A stretch of 64,000 nt of DNA from Dictyostelium discoideum. Taxonomy: Eukaryota. The notes beneath the pieces are model-generated. The model made no database searches. It was not told the DNA's origin and saw nothing but the letters and a program-made list of their open reading frames with translations. Shown piece after piece: positions 40,777-58,151 of this stretch; the first letter of the stretch is position 1, and each line of letters starts with the position of its first letter. The DNA lies in contig CM000152.2 of the NCBI GenBank assembly GCA_000004695.1, positions 3,296,001 to 3,360,000 of the forward strand, given 5' to 3'. Position numbers and translations under genes: made by a program.

Positions 40777-42884
40777 TTAGTAGGTATATATTAATACTTA
40801 TAAATAAATAAATAAATAATATAAATATTAATATTTACATCAATATCTTCACAATAAGCATCTAATGGTAAAATTAAAGACATTGATTTTGGATTTTTTA
40901 AGATTTCATTTAATTCAGAAGAACGTTGTTGACAAATTAAAGATTTTGAAGATTTAAATTTCTTTGTCATTAATTCTAACATTGGTAATGATTTACCTAA
41001 TTGAGCAACCAATTTACCAATACCAATGATGATCCAAGATTTAGTCTCACCTTGATAATCTTTCTCTAAAAGGTCACATAGATAACTAATGATATCACTT
41101 TCAATAACACCATTATTTGATACTATTAAATTTGAATATTCTGAAATTACCCAACTCATAATCTTTATATAAATATCTGAAAATTGTTGTAAATTATTTT
41201 GATTCTCTTGTTGTTGTTGTTGTTGTTGTTCATTTGAAATCATAATATTATTTAAATAAATTTCTGAAATATGTTGTTTAACTTTAATATCGTCTTCTTC
41301 TGAAACTAATCTAATTAAATTATATGCAAATTGATAATTATTATTATTATTATTATTATTATTGTTATTGTTATTATTATCTTTATTATTTTCATTTGGT
41401 AATATTGATAAAACAGTTGAAATTGTATCAATATACCAAATATCATTTGGTGAATATTTTTCAGCGATATTTGTAATTTGAGAGATTAATTCTGATTTAA
41501 AGTTTTGATCTTTTGAGAGTACTAATTGTTCAATTAATTTTGAACAAACTGGTACTACATTAGTTTGATTTGTCATTTTATAGAGTAAATCAAAACTTTT
41601 ACGTTTTAAAGTTTCATCTGGTGATTCTAATGATTCAATGACTTCAACTTGATAAGGTAATACTAGTTTTGGTGAAACTTTAACAATTGATGCCAATGCT
41701 TTGATACCGAAATAACGAAGATTATGATGTTTACCTTTTAAAAATATTGCAATATTCTTTGAACATTGTTCAATCAATTGTAAATTTGGGTGAATTAAAG
41801 TTAGAGTTTTAATAGTTTCATAGAGTATAGCGAAACCAACATTATTTTTAAACTTTTGAGATTGTTGCATTGTAAACAATAATACTGTATACATATGATT
41901 GGAGGAATCTTTATCTTGGTATCCTAAATTTGATAATAATTTCAATAGATTAATTTGTAACCATGGATGATGAATACCATGATAAATATAACTATTTGGT
42001 AATCTACCTTCTGCAACTTGTTTTAAAATTCCAACAAAACTTGGTACTAATTCTTTCAACATTGAAATTAAATTTTTTGATCTATTAATTTCTTCATTAT
42101 TTTTTTTTTTAATTTGATTACTATTATTGTTGTTGTTGTTGTTATTAATTTGATTGTTATTATCTTTTAAAGTTGAATGTTTTTCAGAAATATCTAAAAA
42201 GATACAAATTGAAGCAGACATTACTGAAGGGTCACGATCACATAATGATTGTCTGAGTTTATCAATGATTTGATCGTCATCCAAGAAAGAGTCGCCAACT
42301 AATCTATAGAATCTGTGTAAGACAGTAACGGATTTCTTTCTGACTATTGGTTTTTGATGATTTAATAATTGCAATACCTTTTGAAGGAAAGCCGGTATTG
42401 TATCGTTATCAATTAATTTACACATTGCTGTTAGTGCTGAGCAGACTTCTAAATAATTTGAAGAATTTAAACCTTTTAATATTGAATTAACTGCCATAAT
42501 TAATAGTTCATGTCTCTCTGGTAAACATAATGATAGTGTAAGATAACCAGTTCTCTTATTTAATATCTCTGAATCTTGTGTCATATTCAATGCTTGAATA
42601 TGTCCAAATGGTACATCGTAACCTAACATATGGCAATAGATCATTCTAATTAGGCATTCCCTTTTCTTATCTTTGCTTTGTTCTTTTGAGAAGCAACTTT
42701 TCAATTTAATGATTTCATTTTGAATTATATGAACTTCCTCTTCTCTTGATGTTGATTCACCAATATTCTTTACTAAATCATAAAAATCAAAATCTAAAAT
42801 ACCTTTAACTGATTTAAGTCCACCAGGTACTTGAATCTTTGAACTCTCTAAAAATTGAATTAAATTTAATGCTGAAGAGTTCAT
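39352..42884 (-). CDS. ap4e1: AP-4 adaptor complex epsilon subunit. Exons 42884..40839, 40676..40141, 40012..39352.
   Basis: The N-terminal adaptin trunk is collinear with AP4E1 (CLIRMIYCHMLGYDVPFGHIQALNM...KRTGYLTLSLCL...LEVCSALTAM...IVRKKSVTVLHRFY...LCDRDPSVMSASICIFLDI; ...LPLDAYCEDID matching human LPLDASCEDIE). Donor GAT|GTAAAT at 40838. The downstream ORFs are open with no Met and join at AG 40678-40677 (phase 0) and GG|GTATTT 40140 / AG 40014-40013 (phase 2/1). The tail is Q/N-rich. Confidence 0.75.
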
Positions 42885-43455
42885 TTATTTGTATAGGTGC
42901 TTTGAAAAGTTTTTTTTTTTTTTTTTTTTTTTTTTATGAAAAAGTTTTTTTTTTTTTATGAAAAAGTTTTTTTTTTTTTTTTTTTTTTTTTACAAAATTG
43001 TATACAAATAAATGTACATGTACAGTTGATGTTAACTTTTTCGGGTTAAAAGTAAAATAATATTAAAAAAAAAAAAAAAATAAAGATGATGTATTATGTA
43101 AAAAAAAAAAAAAAAATAAAAAAAAAAAAAAAAAAAAAAATTTTTTAAAAAAAAAAAAATAATTTAAGATATTTTTTTTGCGAGGTACCTCGCTGTTTGC
43201 TTTCGATTTTTTTTTTTTTTATTATTTATTTCATAAACCACAGATGGATTATTTGGAAAAAAAAAAAATAAAAAAATAAAATAAAATAAAATAAAATAAA
43301 ATAAAATAAAATAAAAGTGGTCTGTTCACCAATTCAATAAAAGTCTATTTAAGTTACTTTACACAAATTAGTTTCTAATTCCAACCCTAAAAATCTCATA
43401 CCTTTTTAAAAATTAATTAAAAATAAAAAAAAAATAAAAAACCCAAATAATTTCA

Positions 43456-43512
43456 TTTTTTAAGAAACCAGATTTTTTATAATTTATTAATAAAAATCTG
43501 GTTTCTTAAAAA
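43456..43512. other. Perfect inverted repeat / hairpin: a 22-bp stem and a 13-nt loop
   Basis: ttttttaagaaaccagatttttt (43456-43478) and aaaaatctggtttcttaaaaa (43492-43511) are exact reverse complements. It lies about 80-135 nt beyond the stop codon of the minus-strand EGF/IPT gene (43591), so it is in its likely 3' UTR. Confidence 0.8.
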
Positions 43513-43590
43513 TAATTAATTAATTTTTTATATATCTAAATTAAAAACTTGGAAATTGTTAATTTTTATTTTATTTTATTTTTCATTTTT

Positions 43591-47659
<4,069 letters not shown>

Positions 47660-47733
47660 TTTTTCATATGATTATTTATTTTTTTTTTTTATTATTATTC
47701 CAAAAAAAAAAAAAAAAATGTGCTCGGCTAAAT

Positions 47734-47776
<43 letters not shown>

Positions 47777-47919
47777 GAAAATTTCAAGGTCTTGTATAAA
47801 AAAAAATTCTGTGAAAATAATAATATTTTTTTCACTCGATTTTTTGAGTCTCAAGTAAATTTTGGACTAGCCACCACAATAAGATTAAAAATTAAAAAAA
47901 TTAGAAAATAAGCAAATGT

Positions 47920-47951
<32 letters not shown>

Positions 47952-48180
47952 TTTTAATGTTAAATTAAATAAATAATAAGAGTTTAAAAAAAAAAAAATA
48001 TAAAAAAAATAAAAAAAATGAGTTTTTGTTAAATAAATAGACCTTGGAAAAGAAAATTAAAAAACTAGGGTGAGACTAATCAATTATTGATTTTAAGTTT
48101 TGAAATTTTTGTTGAAATTTATCTAAAATTTTAGATTTGTTAATTTAATACTATTTTTTAAAATTTTTTTATTTTATATT

Positions 48181-48306
48181 TTATTTCTTTTTACCAAATT
48201 TCTCTGCTTTTCTCTTTTTAGTTAATTTTTTAATATGTTTTGGTATTTTTGTTTTTCTTCTTTCTTTATTCATTTCTTTTACAAATTTCTTACGATCCTA
48301 TGAAAG

Positions 48307-48338
<32 letters not shown>

Positions 48339-49900
48339 ATAAACATTTTAAAATACTAAATATTTTAATGATAATAATACTTTTTTAGGCATATCTTCTA
48401 ATCTAATTTCCATTTTAGTAATTGGATCAATTACAACTAATTTACGAATTTTTTCATCATCTTCATTTAATTGATCAGAATCGGAATCATCATCAGAATC
48501 TTCAGAAGAATCAGAAGAAGAATCATCAGAATCCTTATTTTCATTTGAATCATTAATTAAATCATTTTTTGATTTAATATTTTGTAAATCTTTACTTAAA
48601 CCTGTTAAATTTTGATAGAAAATATCACGACCTTCACCTCTTTCAATTTTTTCCATATCTCTATCTAAATCTATAATTTGATCTAAAGTACGTGGAATAT
48701 AAGCATTTCTAAAGACTTCCTCTTGAATTTTTTGTTCATCTGTTGTTTCACCACGTGATTGAATTTTCTCTAACATTTTCTCTAAATATTGATCGATATT
48801 ATCCTCGGTAATTGTTAAATCTGTGATGAATTCGAATAACTCTTGAATGAACATTGTGTTCACTTCTTTCTTTCTAAAGAAATCTGTAACGTTTGAACAA
48901 TCCATACGAAGGAAATCCAATGAATGAGGGTGATCATGTTCAACCGATTGAGAAACATCGATGATGTAGAGTTGATTCTTGTAGTATAACATATTGTATT
49001 CAGAGAGATCGGCATGTACTAAACGACATTTATGAAACAATGTTCTCATCATTTTTATACAATCCAAATAGATTACACCAAACTTCTCTTGTGATACAGT
49101 GGCATCTTTTAAACGTGGTGCGGCATAGCCGTCCTTGCCGATGAATGTCATCACTAGAATATGGTTACGTAGAATCAATGGTGTTGGACACGGTATGCCA
49201 GCATTCTTTAAACGTGTGAGATTTCTAAACTCCTTCTCTGCCCACACTTTCACCATCTTTCTTGGATTATGTTTACTATAACCACGACGAAAACGAAATT
49301 CACCAGTTACATAACGATCACGATCTTTGAATACCAGAATACTGGTTTTATACACTTTTACAGCACGTTCTTCCTCATTGGGTGTGAATGCATGGTACAC
49401 ATTGGCTTCTTTACCCGTTGAGATACAACCATTAATCTCTGAGAATGCACCCTTATTAATCATTTTAAATAACATTAAACGTGTACGTGGATCCAACACT
49501 TGCTCAGTGGTTGCTCTATCCTCTTTATCTACAATACGTACACCTTGTTTATCATCTTTCTTTTTAATCTCTTTAATTGAATTTTGTACAGAATTTGGTA
49601 ATGCTCTATGTGAATCATCATCAATCACCCTCTTACTCGAAATACTATTAGCAATTGAATTTACATTAATTTTATTTTGATATTTTTGTTCCAATGCTTG
49701 TGCTTTTGGTTGTAAAGTTTTATTTAATGGTATTGATGATCTAATTCCTAAAATTCTATCTTCATTCTCTTCATCTGATAAATCTGAATCATATTCAATT
49801 TCTTCATAATCATCATCATAATAATATTCTTCATCTGAATCTGAAAATTCTATAAGATCACCATTTCTTCTTAATGGTACTTCTAAAGTTTGAATTTTTT

Positions 49901-49935
<35 letters not shown>

Positions 49936-49988
49936 ACTGTTTGTTGTTCTTTATTTTCAATGGTTAAATTTTTGAATGAATCTTCCAT
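48181..49988 (-). CDS. rio1: RIO1 atypical serine/threonine kinase. Exons 49988..48381 and 48297..48181.
   Basis: RIO domain: VYKTSILVFKDRDRYV...VKVWAEKEFRNLTRL...LVHADLSEYNMLY...IIDVSQSVEHDHP, with an acidic N-terminus. Donor AAA|GTATTA at 48380. AG at 48299-48298 adds the lysine-rich tail DRKKFVKEMNKERRKTKIPKHIKKLTKKRKAEKFGKKK*. Confidence 0.8.
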
Positions 49989-50304
49989 TTTTTTTTTTTT
50001 TTTATTTTTATGTACTTTTTTTTTTTTCTTTTTATTCTTGTTCTCTATTGTCTCACAGAAAATATTATATTTTCAAAAAAATAAATTAAATGGGAAAAAA
50101 AAAAATAAAAAATAAAAAAAACGAAAAAATAATTTTTTCGTTTTTTTTGAGAAATTTAAAATAAAAAAAATAGATTTATTTAAAAATTTTATACCAATCT
50201 ATAATTAAATTTTTTTTATTTTTTTCCATATTAAGATTTTTTTTAATTCTTTTTTATTATTTTATATTTTTTTTTTATTTTTTTTTATTTTAAATTTATT
50301 TTAT

Positions 50305-50335
<31 letters not shown>

Positions 50336-50532
50336 TTCATTTTTTTTATTGTAAAACAATTTAGTAACTATTGATTCTTTAGAATTAGCTTTATTTACAG
50401 TATACAAAAAATGAAATTAAATTCTTAAATGCAATAACTTTTTTTTTATTTTTTTTATTTAATTACTTGAAAATTTTAGCCTCAATAATGAATTATAAAT
50501 AAATGATCATTAAAAATACACTAAAATAATAT

Positions 50533-50566
50533 GGGAAGGAAATTTCCTTAATTAAGAAATTCCCTG
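50533..50566. promoter_or_regulatory. 34-bp near-palindrome centred on TTAATTAA, containing GGAAATTTCC and GAAATTCCC half-sites
   Basis: gggaaggaaatttccttaattaagaaattccctg. AAGGAAATTTCCTT is a perfect 14-bp palindrome. It lies in the intergenic DNA between the rio1 start and the dynactin 3' end. It is a GC-containing island in an AT desert. Confidence 0.35.
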
Positions 50567-51311
50567 TTATTTTCTCCATTTTTTTTTTTTCCAATTTTTA
50601 AATCAAAAAAAATTAAAAAAAAAAAAAAAAAAAAAAACATATTGGTAATTCCCAACAGTAAACTTATTTATTTTCTCAGTCCCTAAAATTAGACTGTATT
50701 GAATAGTAATTTAAATAGGTCTTTTTTTTATTAATTTCAAATACATCAAATTATTATTAAAAAAAATTAAATTGGATTGTCAAATTTTAAAAAATGAATT
50801 ATTATACTATTTTAAATTTTTTAAATTTTTTTTTTTCTTAAAAAAAGTCAAATATCAGATCGAATGAATGGTTTGAGATTATTTTAATAATATATTTTAA
50901 TCTATTGGAAAGAGATTCTTTTTAAAATATTGATAATAATTTTCATATATTACATTGGTTTCTTTTGTTTTATCAATTTTAATATGCTGAATTGTAAAGT
51001 CAACAATATTTAATAATTGACAGGTCATACAGGAAAGATATAAAAGGAAATTTCATTTTTAGTAAATTTAATTTTTTTAAAAAAAAAAGATTAAAAACCA
51101 CTGTTTTTTATTTTTTTTAATTTTTTTATTTTTTTATTTTTTTATTTTTTTGTTTGTGGTTAACGTGAAAAATGTAAAATGGAATTTAAAATACAAAATA
51201 ATTGTAATATTTTTCAATTGTTTAAATTGGTTTTAAAAATACAAGAAATGTTAATACTAATACTAAATAATTCTAGATGATCTTAAAAATATTTATTTTT
51301 TTTAGAAAACA

Positions 51312-51355
<44 letters not shown>

Positions 51356-51834
51356 AAAAAAAGAAAACTATAAATAAGTCATTTAATTTTTTTTTTTTTA
51401 ATCAATTCAAATCAAATCAATTAGACTTATTAATACTTTTTGTACCTTTAAAAATGTTATTCAGTAAGTTTCAAATTTAAAAAAAGAATATCTTTTTATT
51501 ACACAAAAAAAAAAAAAAAAAAAAAAAAAATAATAATAATAATAATTCTAATATTTTTAATTATTATTTTTATATATTATTTAGAATCATTACAATCAAT
51601 TGTCTCAAGTTCATCATCAACAAACTCAAAAGTCCAAATTGAAAATCAAACTTCATTGGGAATGAAAAGTTTTAATAAAGTTTCATTATTGGATCACCTT
51701 AGTATATTTAATGGAAACAAAAATAACTCCCTTGATCTTTTATAAAATTTAGTTGAAAACTAATAATAAATATCCAATTATCATTAATAGATATTTAATT
51801 TTCCAAAAAAAATCATATTAAAATAATTCCAATT

Positions 51835-51875
<41 letters not shown>

Positions 51876-51901
51876 ATACTATTTTTTTATTTTATTTTAA
51901 T

Positions 51902-54900
51902 TTATTTTACAAAAACTTGATGAATTTCTTTAAATGTTTGAGGGTTTGTAAATAATTGAATTGATAAAGTTTTTGAATTTAAAGCTTCTTGAATATCTTT
52001 ATCCAACATTAAGGAATTTGTATTGTTATTATTATTATTGATATTATTAATATTTAAATTTGGAATTGTAATATTTGCAATTTTTAAAGGTATTGATTCT
52101 TTTAACATTCTGGATTGATTTGCATCAGCATAATTATTTAAACCAAATTGACAAGTTGAACTTGAGATGAAATTTGTCATCTTTGATTGAAGTTGTTTAA
52201 CTTTTCTTTCTTGTTGTTTAATTAATAATTTTTGTTTTTCAATTTCATTTGCACTAGTTCTATCATTTGAGGAAGATGATGATGATGAGGAGGATGAAAT
52301 TGATTTATTACTTAAATCTAAAACCTTTGGAGTTGCAGTACTTTCTAAAATTGAACTCATCATATGATTAACTTGTTTTGAATATTCAACAATTTCATTA
52401 AATTTAATTTGTTGTTTCTTTGCTTGTTGTTCTAATAAAGTTGGAGTAGATGATGAAGTTGAAGATGTTGATGAATTATTTGATTGTTGTTGTTGTTGTT
52501 GTTTTATTTGTTGTTGATGTCTATAATTTTGAATTAAATTTAATTCACATAATTCTTTAATAGATTTTTGAGATTTTAATTTCAAATTTTCATTTCTTAA
52601 GAATCTAATAGCTTTTTTAAGGGATAATACATTGATATCATCAACAGAACGAAGTAACTCTTGATTGGCAATCATTGGAGATAATGGAGTATTTAATTTC
52701 TTTTGTAATTCTTGTTGAAGAGCAAGTATTTTATTTTGCATATTCTTTGAATCATGCTCTAGTGAGTTCTTTTCATTACGTAATAGATTGAGGGCTTGAC
52801 GGAAATTCTTTTCATTATCTTCACGTGATTTAATTTCTTTTGCCAATTTTTCAGTGACTTCATTCTCTGATTTTTGAAGTATACGAATTCTTTTATCAAA
52901 TGATTCCTCTTTACGCTTCTCTTCGATTAATTCAGCTTCTTTTGCTTTGATAGTTTTAAGATTCTCTAATAGTTCAGCATCTTTTGATTGAATGATATCA
53001 CGTAATTGACCCACTTCACCAAGGGATTGTTTTAATTGATTAGCTCTTTCAGCCCATGGACTTTGTTTGGTTAATGCTTGTTTATCCTTTTCAGAGAGAT
53101 TCAAATCACCAGCGATAATAGTTTCAACTACATCACTCAATTGTACATTCATACGATAGAATACTTTCTCCAATGAAGATGAAAGTTTAGATTCCTCTTG
53201 ATCTTGATAATCATCATTTGAGAATTCATCATTATTCTTATTTAAAGAATTTGAATTACTAATGATAAGATCTGATCTTGCTTGAATCTTTATTAATAAA
53301 TCATTTAAATTATTATTTAAATTACCACTACCACTACCACTACCACCACCACCACTATTAATTGATTCATCTTGAATTTTTGGTAAAGATTGTACCAACT
53401 CTAAAAGTATTGATTTACAAGTATGTTCAGAGGTTTTAAGTAAATCACGTACAATTGATGATTGTGAAAGGTATGGTTTAGTTAAAAGATTCTTTACAAC
53501 TTTACGACAAACTGATAAAACTTTTGACATTTCTTTATGTGGGAAAATAAATTGGTCATTATGAGTTATTGTAGTTGTAATATTAATATCATTTAACATA
53601 ATTTGTTTAATATTATATTGAATACCTAAAATATAATTTAAAAGTATTGACCATTCTGGTTTAAATATTTGATCAACATTATTATTATTATTATTATTAC
53701 TGGATGTATTATTTGAACCACTGTCATTTGTTGAATTTGTAATATTACCAAAAATATTTGTTAAAATTGAATCAATACGTTGACAAAGTTTTTCTAAATC
53801 AGTACTTGAATAAGATGAACCAAATTGTTCCAATTTAATTAATTGTAATAAATTATCTAAAATTCTTTCTTGATTTAACATATCCTTAATTGATCTACCA
53901 GATCTTAACCATTGATCAGAAGATGATCTTTCTAAAGTTTCAGTTAACCAAGTTGTAGAGATTGCTAAATGCTCTAAAATATGAATGATAGATAGGGAAT
54001 GAGCAACTTGACCACTTGTTAACAACATTTGATCACTATCTCCACCAGCAACTTTATTACCAATCTCTTCAACTTTATAAGTACGATTTAAATATTTTTG
54101 AGCTAATTCCGATTTCAATATGATTCTCTTTAAGAGTAATAACATTTTAATAGCATCATTATCCAATTGGAAGGTTTGTTCTGGTAAATATTCATAAACA
54201 AATGCTAAATGAACTTGAGATTCAACAGATTTAGATTGTTCCAATTGGTGATCGATTTCCAATGCGGTTGCTTTAATCATTTGATTTTGTAATTGAATGT
54301 TTTTACTTAACAATTGTTGTTGAATTGCTGACCATGAATGTTGATGTTCCGATTGTTCCTCTTCTTTTCTTCTCATCTCTTCCAATTTATGTTGAAGTCT
54401 ACCAACGAGATCACGGAATTGTAATATGGTTTTTTCATTCTCTTGGTTTTTAATTTGAAGATTGGTCATTTGGCTTTGAATATTCAAAATTTCAATATCC
54501 TTTGAATTGACCTCCAATCTTAATGATTTCTCCAGTGCAACTTGATTTTCACTCAACTCTTCACTAAGATCTCTAAATGATTCTAAATCTGCAATTGATA
54601 CTTTTAATTCCTCCAATTCTTCATTCAATGAAAGATTCTTATCTGTAAGATCGGTGATTAACGATTCACTGACTTCGGCATCCTCCAATGCTAACTTCAA
54701 TTCCAAGGTCTCTTCTATCTTTATTGATAACTCCATCTCCAATTTATTTGATTTCTCTGTTAGTGATTGAACTTGTTTTGAGAGAGTTTCCAATTCTTTG
54801 GTTTTCTTTGAGAGTTCATGTTTATCATTCATTGTGATATCACGTAGTTTAACCAATGCCTCTTTTAATTTATCGTTTTGTTCTTGTAATACCAATACAT

Positions 54901-56627
54901 CGGTTGGTAAACTTTCATCGATTGAACGAGTTGGTTTCTCATCCAATTGGATTTTCAAACTATCGTATTCGATACGCATCATCTCTAATTCCTCTTTGAC
55001 TTGTTCAAATTCCAATTCGGTCATTTCTAATTTCTCTTCGGTAACTTCTTTATCGAGTGTTAAAAGTTCGAGATTTTCATTGAGATTTGAAATTTGCTCC
55101 AATAGGGATTGTTTCTCCTTTTCAAACTCTGATTTCTCTTTATCCTCATTACGATGTTGAGTTTTCAAAAGATTTTCATTTTCTTTCTCTTTGATCGCTA
55201 TGGTTTTCTCTAATTGTTGAATTTGTTTTTCATTTTCTTTGATTTGTTTTTCATTCTCTTTGATTTGTTTATCCTTACTGGCTACTGCTTCCTTTAATCT
55301 ATCCTTTAAACTATTGATCTCCTCTTGTGATCTGTTTTTATCCTCTTTTAAGTCATTGATAGTTGTCATCATCTTATCAATATTCTCTTGAACTGCTTGA
55401 TTCATTCTTTCAGTTGCTAATGATTTATTTAATAAATCATTAATTTCTTCTTCTTCTTCTTCATCTTCACCTTGAATAATTTTTGATTGTTTCTTTTGTG
55501 TTGATGGTGGTGTTAATGTTATAGAATTTGATGTTGATGGTGGTAATGGTGTTGATGGTGTTGGTATTGGAGTTGTTGTTGTAGTTATAGTTGGATTTGG
55601 TGTTATTATTGGTGTTGGTGTTGGTGTTGGTGTTGGTGTTGGTGTTGGTGTTGGTGTTGGTGTTGGTGTTGGTGTTGGTGTTGGTGTTGGTGTTGGAGTT
55701 GGAGTTGGTTCTTTTAAACCTGATGGTTTTGGAATACCAGTTGGTCTTGAAGAAGCTGATGATGGTGGTCTTGAAATTTTAGATGGTGTTGGTTGTGGTT
55801 GTTCTATTGGTGTTGGTTCAACTACAGTTGGTGGTGGTGGTGAAATTGTAGTTGTAGTTGGTGGTGAGGGTTCAGATTTCTTTTCTGGTGGTGGTGATGT
55901 AAGTGGTGAGGTAGAAGTTGGTGAAGTTGAAGTAGTACTAGTTGTAGTTGTAGTTGATGATGGAATAGTGCTTGGTCTTCTAATACCAGATTCACTTGGT
56001 TTTTTAATTGATGAAGTTGGTGTTGTTGTTGTTGTTGTTGTTGATGATGATGATGATGATGATGAGGTTGTTGAAGAAGAACCAGTTAGTGATGGCCTAC
56101 CTTTACCCAATGATGATGGTGGTCTAATACCAGTTGATGATGGTGGTCTAATACCAGATGTTGCAGCTATTTTTGATGGTGTAGTGATTGGTGCTGGCAT
56201 AAGTTTAGAATCATCAATACCATCATCAATATTTGATGTTTGTTGTGGTTGTGGTTGTGTTTGTGTTTGTGGTTGTTCTTCTACAATTACTGCCATATTT
56301 GGTTTAACGAATAAACCATGTGCTGGTTTACAATCAAAATATCTTTCACCTTGAACTGTACCATCATTTTTACCAGCTATTTTTTTAAAAAAAAAAAATT
56401 TATTTAATATATTTTAAATTAATAATTATAAATGGGAGGGGGTATGATTGTGTGATTATTTTATAATAATAAATAATAACATACCAGCACTATCTAATTC
56501 AATACCAACCCAACGACCAGGACTGAATTTTGTCATACCACAATATTTAACAGTACCTAAACCTAATTCAGGTTTACCATTGATAGAAACACGTGTTCCT
56601 GGTGGAAGTGATTTTCCTTCTTCTGAC
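51902..56627 (-). CDS. Dynactin subunit 1 / p150Glued-type protein: N-terminal CAP-Gly, a Ser/Pro/Thr-rich basic region and a long coiled coil. Exons 56627..56483 and 56376..51902.
   Basis: Exon 1 reads MSEEGKSLPPGTRVSINGKPELGLGTVKYCGMTKFSPGRWVGIELDSA + G|GTATGT. AG at 56378-56377 restores ...AGKNDGTVQGERYFDCKPAHGLFVKPNMAVIV..., the canonical CAP-Gly GKNDG motif split by the intron. About 1,000 aa of heptad-repeat coiled coil follow. A single CAP-Gly plus this architecture favours p150Glued over CLIP-170. Confidence 0.65.
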
Positions 56628-57123
56628 ATTGTGTCTCTTGTAATGTTATTGTATTTCTTTTTTTTTTTTTTTTTTTTTTTTCTTATTTTTTTTTTTTTTC
56701 CTAAAAAATTTTATTTTATTTTATTTTAATATTTGCTTGTTTATTATTTCGATGTGTTGAATGTTATTTTTATTATTTATTATTATATTTTATGTAATAA
56801 AAAAAACAACCGATAATAATATGCATACAACACACCCATATGCTATTTTCAAATTAATTTAAAAAAAAAAAAAAAAAAAATCACAAGTTCAAAAAAAAAA
56901 AAAATAAAAAAAAAAAAATAAAAAAAAAAAAATAAAAAAAATAAAAAAAAAATTAAAAAAAAAAAAAAAAGAAAATGAGTGGACAAAATAATATGACAAT
57001 TGTCTCACCAAACAGTTAAATATTCTAACAGGATTTAATCCCCCCAATAATTTAAATAATTTAAAATAAAATAAATGAAACAATAATTATTTACAATTTT
57101 TTTTTTTTTTTTTATTATTATTT

Positions 57124-57929
57124 TTAACTATTTGTTCCACCATGTATACATGAAAAACTAGTAAAAATTTTTTGTTTAAAACTTTTTTTAGGTCCACATG
57201 CTTTTGAATTATTAATTTCTGATTTTTTCTTATCATTTCCACCTTTATTATTATTATTTTCATTATAGTCATCTTTATTATTATTATTATTATTTAAATC
57301 AAATTTTACTTTATTTTTTCTACCAATACTATTAAAACTATTTGTTCTATTTGAGTTATTATTATTATTATTGTTGTTGTTGTTGTTATTATTATTATTA
57401 TTTAAATTTTTTAATTTCTTTTTTTCTCTTTCAAGTTGTTTTTCTTTTTCAAATTGTTCAAAACGTTGAATTTCTCTAACTAATTGAAAAAATGAAGATT
57501 CAACATTTAATGTTGTTTTAGCAGAAGTTTCAAAGAATGGACAACCATAGAATTTTGAAAGATCATTACCTTCAGTTAATGAAACTTTTCTTTGACCTTC
57601 TGAATCTAAATCACATTTATTACCAATTAATACCATTGGAAATGATTCAACATCTTTAACCATTTTAATTTGATCAACTAACTCACTTGTTTTTTCAAAA
57701 CTAACTCTATCACTTATATCATAAACTATTAAAAATCCATCAGAGTTTTTTAAATATTGATCACGTATTGCAGTATAATCTTCATTTCCAGCTGAATCTA
57801 ATATATTCAATGAATAATTATCATTATCAATTCTACAATTCTTTGTATAAGAATCTTCAATTGTTGGATCATATTCATGAATAAAATATTGTTGATGAAA
57901 TTGAACTGTTAATGCTGTTTTTCTATATA

Positions 57930-57963
<34 letters not shown>

Positions 57964-58151
57964 ATAAAAAAAAAAAAAAATAATAAAAAAAAATAAATAA
58001 TAATTAGTTTGAGTAATTTATAAAAAAAATTAATTATTTAATTTATAAATTACCCAACAGCACCACTACCAAGAACAACCATATCAATTTTTATTATTTG
58101 ATTATTTGTATTTGCAAAATTACTTAATTTATTTTTTGTGAATGAACTCAT
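57124..58151 (-). CDS. Atypical Ras-family small GTPase. Exons 58151..58054 and 57922..57124.
   Basis: Exon 1 reads MSSFTKNKLSNFANTNNQIIKIDMVVLGSGAVG + G|GTAATT. After the (T)n-tatatatAG acceptor, exon 2 reads A|KTALTVQFHQQYFIHEYDPTIEDSY...LDSAGNEDY...LIGNKCDL...ETSAKT. G1-G5 are present, but switch II has N in place of the catalytic Gln (DSAGNE versus DTAGQE). The N-rich C-terminal tail ends ...FSCIHGGTNS without a CAAX box. Confidence 0.7.

Noticed and set aside
49327-49680. ORF 49327..49680 (+)
   Set aside because: Antisense to the RIO1 kinase domain.
54798-56354. Plus-strand ORFs 54798..55160, 55591..55782, 55968..56354
   Set aside because: Antisense readings of the dynactin coiled-coil and (ACACCA)n Thr-Pro repeats (poly-LV, poly-V/D artefacts).
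56448-57272. ORFs 56448..56729 (+), 56889..57083 (-), 57087..57272 (-)
   Set aside because: The first is antisense to dynactin exon 1 and its intron. The others are poly-F/K homopolymer readings or an alternate frame of the Ras gene's N-rich tail.
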